From assembly GCA_965235115.1 (NCBI GenBank), contig OZ249452.1:13516001-13580000 (forward strand): a stretch of 64,000 nucleotides of DNA. Reading direction: 5' to 3'. Below are positions 25,120-34,100 of this stretch, piece after piece. The notes beneath the pieces are model-generated. The model had not been told where the DNA came from. It saw only the letters and a list, made by a program, of their open reading frames with translations, and searched no databases. Position 1 is the stretch's first letter, and each line of letters opens with the position of its first letter. Made by a program: the position numbers and the translations under genes. The stretch is from Laetmonice hystrix. Taxonomy: Eukaryota.

Positions 25120-28100
25120 ATGAGGTCTGCAGGAGACATCTGGGATTTGATGCGGAGAACGGACCGCCGACATGCAGGGGTGAAAAGGTCCCCAAGCAGT
25201 AAAAGTGCGGTGAGAGAATGGGCTCCTACCAAAGCTACAAAACCTCACAGACGGAGGGAGCTTTATGAGGAGAAGATTAGAAAGGCACAGCTTCATAAGC
25301 AGCGCGGGTTGGACCAAAGGAGGAAGGCTGAGCTTTGCCAGAGGCGCAAGGAAACGAGGAAGATGGAAGCAGTGCTAAAAAAACTCCGCAAGAAAGCAAA
25401 GAAAAGTGAAGGAAAGAAGTCGAGTGTCTTTTGTAAGTACTTAAATTTATTTATTTTGTTGGTTGCCATGATCTCAGTCACTAATGTTTATTTTACAGAC
25501 CATACTTTTAAACTTTACACCAAAGAAAGAAAAAGGAAATATTTTTTAGTATGTATTGTTATTGTATAAAAAAGCTTAGCAACATTGTAATGTTCCTTTG
25601 CTTTCATTTATGCTCGTAGGCGAAGGCCCACTAGATGTCAGAGAGTCTTTAAAATCTAGTAAGATAAACAGTTAAAATAATGTTGGCATTTTTAGGTTTC
25701 TGCAAACCCTTCTGTTCTAAGTCAAAGAGAGATCAAATTGCATCTATTTGTGTCTGCATGCACTGATTGGTCCTATCAGTCTGAGAGTGTGTGTGGTGAA
25801 TGCATATACATGTTTGTATTCTATTTACCCGGTACATATCTATGAGTGTGTGGTGATATAGTTGATGATGTGTAAGGAACTGTCAATCTCTGTTTCATCT
25901 GGCTGTGTGTAGATGAGGAGGCTGACTTCTCACTAAGTACAAAGTGGTGTTTAGTTGCATGCAAGCCTCAGAAAATGGTGCATTTCATGACGTGTGTGAG
26001 ACATATTATAGTTGTTTTTATTTGACGAAGTTCACAGTCTTTTAATAATCTGCTACAGTTGATAAATTGTTCTTCCACACAGAAACAAAAATCGTTTTCA
26101 GGGGTGACCGTATAAAGAAATGATGTCGTCTAAAATAATGAAGATCCTGCAACAGAGGTGACTCTTTCTGATGGTAGTATTGAGGTTGTTTATGATCTTG
26201 GTTGATGTTTGTTAACAGAAATAACAGAAACTTTCTCTAATCTGTCATTCTTCTCCCCTTAGCATTACTTCATTTTGGTGTTGTTATTTTGTGTGTCATA
26301 AGAGGGTGAATTACTGCATGATTTGTTTAAGTTGTTGAATTAACCAAAGTACTTACAACAGCTGTTTCTACTTTTACTTTTAAATTTACAGTTTAAACTA
26401 ATTAAGGAAATCTTATGAAAATAGTAAACCTGTGCTTTAATGCAGTATACTAACTCAATTATTTGTAAGGTGTCGGGTAGAAATCCAATTGATTAAATCA
26501 ATCGATACCATACACGATTCAATGTAGACTAGTAGAGAATGTAAATTATTACTCATTTTCTTAAATATATTTCTGTGAGCCCAACACGGGGTGCGCACCC
26601 CAGTACTCCCCCCCCCCCCCCCGATAGCTATGTTTCTGTTCGTCGTTATCGATGTTTGAAATGGCAACTGAATAGGATGCTGCCATGTATCATTTAAACT
26701 CTGAACTAGAATTGACGTGATTTAGTTCTAAGTCAAAATGATAGATGGCAGCACCATTTACCGTCCCATCTAGCGGGAATTATGGAACTAATGATGGATC
26801 ACCGGCAGCGCCGTAAAACTTTGTTTCGGGTTGGGGCTTCAAACGTTCATAGCGACGAAAGAAATAATGATTATCGCGTGTCAAGAGGGAGCTAAGAAGT
26901 CAAAGGTTGAAATGATAATTGGATTTCATGCAGATTCTAAGTCAATTGTCAAAAGAATCGCGTTGAAGGTATGTTGTTGATGTAAAATAATTTTAGCTTC
27001 AAGGTTTCATAAAAGTGCCGCCAGTAGGCGCTGGTGTGTAGTGACCGTTCCGAGAATTGATGACACGTTGGTGCTGTGGGCGGCGTAGGGGGCATACATC
27101 GCCCATGATAACTTAAAACCAACGAAATTTGGTCGAAAGTAAAGATCCATAGCCCTGACCTTATCCCTAACCCTGGTCCCTACACTTCCCAGAAACATAT
27201 CCCTAAGGCTATCCTATCCCTATTAGCATTTCTACAGGCATGTGACTTCAGGTAATTGGTCAGAAATGAAAAAAAAAAACAAAAAAAAAAACAGCCTGCT
27301 TGGCATTTTTGCTGGGAAAATACATGTATCTAAATTGCACTTTACTCTAAGAAAAAGAACATTTTGGGTGATTGTCCTGCTTGTAGAAGGAGCTTGGATT
27401 GTCAACTACAAGTCACGGGTCCTATTTTAGCAATGTTAGAGGCCCGTGACTTCAGATAATTGTACAGAAATATAAAAAATACCAGCCTGCTATGTGCTAG
27501 CCATTTGTGTGTAAAATATGTCTAATATGTCAGTATTTGGGTCATCATTGACTTTTACAACTTCAAGTCTCGATCCTGATTTTAGAAATTAGTAGACCGA
27601 AAGTAAAATAGGAAATTTCAGTCAAATCATGCAAAGTCTGGCATTGCATCGTTTCAGCCCTACTTCCTGGAGACCACAAACAATACTATGGAACCTCAAT
27701 TTACAGAACGTTTTAAGTCTTGGCTAATGGCGTTTTATTCCAGAAAGAGCCTCGACTGACACTTCTTGCCTCTAAATTGTATTTACTTGTATTACTTGTC
27801 CCCAATCTACACAAGTTTCGCAAAAGTACCTTGGTATATAAACTGATAATAACCTCTCCCAAGGTAGCTTACGGTTGCTCTCCCTTTATTACAGGTTTCA
27901 ACTGTATCTATTTCGGATCACGATCCAGAAGCCCAGCTTCTGAGTACCGAGCTATGGTCAAGCGGTATCTCATGTCAGAGCCAAGTTCTCTGGATACTGC
28001 CACCATGTCCGATTTCTCCTCATTTGGAGATACAGACGTTATGTCAGAGATCTCCACAACCGGAGGAGAAACACTCTCAAGTTCCTTCAGAAGCATTGAG

Positions 28101-31100
28101 GTAAAGGCAGTAACTACCTTTATATTTTATTCTCCTATCAATGTGGCATAGTCCTGTTGACAAGTATTGGGCCAGTGTGACGTTTACATCTCACCTTGAG
28201 TCTCCTAGGCTAATGGCAACTTAATTATAGCGTTGGATTATCTTGTACATGATGAATAAATATTCATCCTCAAAGCACTCAGAAAATTTACACGATTCCT
28301 TTACTTGTCAGGATGAGGTAGACATAAAGCCGGAAAACTGGTGCAGGCAAACTACCTACCCTTGGCCTCAAATCCGATCTAAAGAGGTAAGTCTGGAGTG
28401 CTAGTCATTCTTCTTAGTAATCTTTTTTTTCTCTTTCTTTATGCCAGTGCTTATCATTCTGTTTCTAGTGTTTCACTCTCTCTATAGGATTCAAAGGAGC
28501 TCTAATACCAATAGGAAAACGCCAAAATTAACCCACCAAGACTTGAATATCAATGAAATATCCTTTAAAAATATTCATGGAAATTTAAGCTAATATTATT
28601 TTTCACTTTGTGTGATACTTTATTAAAGGGTCATTACGAGGCACACCAAGTCATCCCGAGGCCCACTTCACACAGAGCAACACCTACTGAACTGGGCAGT
28701 AGCGAGGTTAATATTTTTGTTTATCTTCATGATTATATCATTCATTGTTTCCAATGGAAACCAATCACTGTTTAGGGGATTTTGAAGGCAGACTTAATGG
28801 AAAACGTCAAAGGTTCTGAAATAAAAGGTTCCTTATTGAAATATCGTTCGATCATTGCCACACTATGTCAAATTAATCCTCTAAGCTAATGTCAACTTAA
28901 TGATAGGGTGGAATTAGGTTGTACATGATGAATAAATATTCATCCTCAAAGCACTCAGAAAATTTACACGTTTCCTTTACTTGTCAGGATGAGGTAGACA
29001 TAAAGCCGGAAAGGCCACATAGCGGTCGCAGGCAAACTACCTACCGTCGGTTGAAAACCCCATCCAAAGAGGTAAGTCAGGAGTGCTAGTCATTCTTAGT
29101 AATCTTTTTTTTTCTCTTTCTTCATGCCAGTGCTTACCATTCTGTTTCTAGTGGCAGGGTTGTTTCATTCTATTTATAGGATTCAAAAGAGGTCTAATAG
29201 GAAAACGCCAAAATCAACCAGCTAAGACTTGAATATCAATGAAACATCCTTTTTAAAAATATTCATGGACATTTAACCTAATATTATTTTTCGCTATGCG
29301 TGATACTTTATTAAAGGATCGTTACGAGGCACACCAAGCCATCCCAAGGCCTACTTCACACAGGGCAACACCTACTGAACTGGGCAGCAGCGAGGTTAAT
29401 ATTTTTGTTTATCTTCATGATTATATCATTCATTGTTTCCAATGGAAACCAATACTGTTTGCGGGATTTTGAAGGGCAGACTTAATGGAAAATGTCAAAG
29501 GTTCTGAAATGAAAGGTTCCTTATAAGTTATTGAAATATCGTTCGATCATCGCCACATTGTTTCAAATTAATCAATAAAAGTTTTTTTTATTTCTTACCT
29601 TGTACAATATCTTTACTTAAAGGATGACTCCGAGGCAGAACAGATGCCCCAAACCATCCCAAGGAAGATACCATGCAAAGAGAAAGCAACTGATGTTGGC
29701 AAGCAGCATGAGTACAAGGTTGCCATCTCTGCAAGTAGTCCTACCCACAAGACAGAGGTTGCCCATCCACGTGCAAAGAGGGCAGATAAATCTCCAAATG
29801 ATCGTCGCAAGAAACAATCATGCCAGAGTACACAATCTGTACTGATGAAAGAGCGGTCAACTCCAAAAGATGGTGAGCAGAAACCACGTGCGTTACCGCC
29901 TGATATGCAAAAGAAAATGAAAGAATTGAGATATGACTTGGAAATTGAGTCAGATTTATGTATTGCAAGGGTTAATGCCATAAGCCAGCTTGCCATGGAG
30001 CGAGCAGAAAAGAGGTTGAATGGCTGTGAGCTTCCCGAATTTAGGTACCCTTTCTTCAAAGGGTACCCTTTCCATCAGAAGGCAAAGTCCGAGAGAATGG
30101 TGAGGCTTTCGATAGAGTCAGACTTGAAAGAACAGGTCATTGCAGATCAAATCAGAAATCACCAAGACATGCCATATAGCTGTAGACATGAAAGAGAAAA
30201 CGAGAGAAAGTGTGATTTGTTTGATGATGAAAGGATTTGCCCAGGCTGTAGACAACGAAGAGAGAATATCTCGAATTGTAGAGTACCAAAAAAGTCACAG
30301 AGAAAAGTTGCCAAAAAATCTTGCATCGAGTTGAACAATAGCTGTGACACAAATATGGATGCATCAGGTACCAGTACTGTAGAAATGTCAAATGAGGACC
30401 AGGTAAAAATAATGTTGACAGAGAAGTCTAACAATGTTAAAAAAGAGTCAATTACTCATTATGCAGAGGTATGTGAAGTCACGATGAACAATGAATCCGT
30501 TCTGAAAATGAACGATGTGTTAGAGATGAGGATTGAGGAGACAACAGTTATGGGGCCTAACTTAGAGGTTGCGGTTAAAGCAGAATGCCAGATGATAAAT
30601 CAATCTGAGATCATAGAAGTTAAAGAAAAGGTAGAAGACGATCTACCAGAGAAGGAAAGTGAAAGCATTCCAGAATGTTCTGATATAAAGGTTGCAGAGG
30701 AGTGTGACTTGAAAGTAAATGACAAGCCAGAGCCAGATGCAAAGGTTCCAAAAGAGAACAAGGTTCCAGAGTGGTTCCTGGAATTTGCACCAGAGAAATC
30801 AAAAGCTATGCCAGAGGATGATGATAAGAGCGTCCAGGGGAAGTCAGAAAAAGACGTCATTAGTAAGTCAGATGAAACTGTCTTACAAGATGCAACAGCT
30901 TCAGAGAAGGATATGTGTCCAAAATGGTTTGTTGACTTTATTCCGATAAAACCAGCAGTAGCCGCTTCGGAGAAGGTTGAACAAAAGTCAGTAAGCGGGT
31001 TAGATATAAGCCTGATAGAGTATCTTGACCCGAGCACGAAGAAAAGAAATAGAGTAAGCAGAGATACTCTAGAACGTTCAGAGGTTTCACTTGTTGAAGA

Positions 31101-34100
31101 AAAAGAAATAACCTGTCCACATAGAGGTTCGTGTATGTTTGACTTATTCGCTGATGTTCAAAAGAAGGTGGAGCAGAGGGCCTCAAGGAGGGCTGGTATG
31201 AGTATAAAAGATTATCTTGATGAACAAATGCCAGAAAAAACAGAAGAGAAAGTGTCAGAGAAAGTTGAGCGTAGACCTCCAAGGAGGGCTGGTATGAGTA
31301 TAAAAGATTATCTTGATGAACAAATGCCAGAAAAAACAGAAGAGAAAGTGTCAGAGAAAGTTGAGCGTAGACCTCCAAGGAGGGCTGGTATGAGTATAAA
31401 AGATTATCTTGATGAACAGATGCCAGAAAAAACAGAAGAGAAAGTGTCAGAGAAAGTTGAACGTAGACCTCCAAGGAGGGCTGGTATGAGTATAAAAGAT
31501 TATCTTGATGAACAGATGCCAGAAAAAACAGAAGAGAAAGTGTCAGAGAAAGTTGAACGTAGACCTCCAAGGAGGGCTGGTATGAGTATAAAAGATTATA
31601 TTGATGAACAGATGCCAGAAAAAACAGAAGAGAAAGTGTCAGAGAAAGTTGAACGTAGACCCCCAAGGAGGGCTGGTATGAGTATAAAAGATTATCTTGA
31701 TGAACAGATGCCAGAAAAAACAGAAGAGAAAGTGTCAGAGAAAGTTGAACGTAGAGCTCCAAGGAGGGCTGGTATGAGTATAAAAGATTATCTTGATGAA
31801 CAGATGCCAGAAAAAACAGAAGAGAAAGTGTCAGAGAAAGTTGAACGTAGACCTCCAAGGAGGGCTGGTATGAGTATAAAAGATTATCTTGATGAACAGA
31901 TGCCAGAAAAAACAGAAGAGAAAGTGTCAGAGAAAGTTGAACGTAGAGCTCCAAGGAGGGCTGGTATGAGTATAAAAGATTATCTTGATGAACAGACGCC
32001 AGAAAAAACAGAAGAGAAAGTGTCAGAGAAAGTTGAACGTAGAGCCCCAAGGAGGGCTGGTATGAGTATAAAAGATTATCTTGATGAACAGACGCCAGAA
32101 AAAACAGAAGAGAAAGTGTCAGAGAAAGTTGAACGTAGAGCCCCAAGGAGGGCTGGTATGAGTATAAAAGATTATCTTGATGAACAGACGCCAGAAAAAA
32201 CAGAAGAGAAAGTGTCAGAGAAAGTTGAACGTAGAGCCCCAAGGAGGGCTGGTATGAGTATAAAAGATTATCTTGATGAACAGATGCCAGAAGAAACAGA
32301 AGAGAAAGTGTCAGAGAAAGTTGAACGTAGAGCCCCAAGGAGGGCTGGTATGAGTATAAAAGATTATCTTGATGAACAGATGCCAGAAGAAACAGAAGAG
32401 AAAGTGTCAGAGAAAGTTGAACGTAGAGCCCCAAGGAGGGCTGGTATGAGTATAAAAGATTATCTTGATGAACAGATGCCAGAAGAAACAGAAGAGAAAG
32501 TGTCAGAGAAAGTTGAACGTAGACCTCCAAGGAGGGCTGGTATGAGTATAAAAGATTACATTGATGAGCCAGTGCTAGAAAAACCAGTTTCAGGGAAGGT
32601 TGAGTGCAGAGCCCCAAGGAGGACAGGATTGCGTGCAATAAATTGCATTGATGAACCGGTGCAAGAAACCCCGGTTTTGGAGAAAGTTGAGGGCAGAGCC
32701 CCAAGACGGACAGGTTTGCGTGCACAAGACAACATTGATGAACCGGCGCCAGAGAAACCAGTTCCAGGGAAAGTCGAGGGCAGAGCCCCAAGAAGGACGG
32801 GATTGCGTGCAAAAGACTTCATTTATGAACCAGTCCTTGAAAAACCAGTTTCGGAGAAAGTTGAGGGCAGAGCCCCAAGAAGGACAGGTTTGCGTGCGCA
32901 AGACAACATTGATGAACCGGCGCCAGAGAAACCAGCTTCAGGGAAAGTCGAGGGCAGAGCCCCAAGAAGGACGGGATTGCGTGCAAAAGACTACATTGAA
33001 AAACCAGTCTTAGAAAAACCAGTTTCAGAGAAAGTTGAGGGCAGAGCCCCAAGAAGGACGGGATTGCGTGCAAAAGACTACATTGAAGAACCAGTCTTAG
33101 AAAAACCAGTTTCAGAGGAAGTTGAGGGCAGAGCCCCAAGAAGGACAGGTTTGCGTGCAAAAGACTACATTGATGAGCCAGCACTAGAAACCCCAGTTTC
33201 AGAGGAAGTTGAGGGCAGAGCCCCAAGAAGGACAGGTTTGCGTGCAAAAGACTACATTGATGAGCCAGCACTAGAAACCCCAGTTTCAGAGGAAGTTGAG
33301 GGCAGAGCCCCAAGAAGGACGGGAATGCGTGCAAAAGACTACATTGATGAGCCAGCACTAGAAAACCCAGTTTCAGAGAAAGTTGAGGGCAGAGCCCCAA
33401 GATGGACGGGATTGCGTGCAAAAGACTACATTGATGAGCCAGCACTAGAAACCCCAGTTTCAGAGGAAGTTGAGGGCAGAGCCCCAAGAAGGACGGGAAT
33501 GCGTGCAAAAGACTACATTGATGAGCCAGCACTAGAAAACCCAGTTTCAGAGAAAGTTGAGGGCAGAGCCCCTAGAAGGACGGGAATGCGTGCAAAAGAC
33601 TACATTGATGAGCCAGCACTAGAAAACCCAGTTTCAGAGAAAGTTGAGGGCAGAGCCCCTAGAAGGACGGGAATGCGTGCAAAAGACTACATTGATGAGC
33701 CAGCACTAGAAACCCCAGTTTCAGAGGAAGTTGAGGGCAGAGCCCCAAGAAGGACGGGAATGCATGCAAAAGACCAAATTGATGAGCCAGCACTAGAAAA
33801 CCCAGTTTCAGAGAAAGTTGAGGGCAGAGCCCCTAGAAGGACGGGAATGCGTGCAAAAGACTACATTGATGAGCCAGCACTAGAAAACCCAGTTTCAGAG
33901 AAAGTTGAGGGCAGAGCCCCAAGAAGAACGGGAATGCGTGCAAAAGACAACATTGATGAACCGGTGCTAGAAAAAGCATCTGTAACTCTCTCAGGAAACA
34001 TTGACCATAAACTGCCAAGGAGTGAAAATGTGGGTACACCTGGTTTCGTTGAAGAACAGGTTGTAAAGGTGCTGAATAATCCAAACATGAATGAAAAGAT

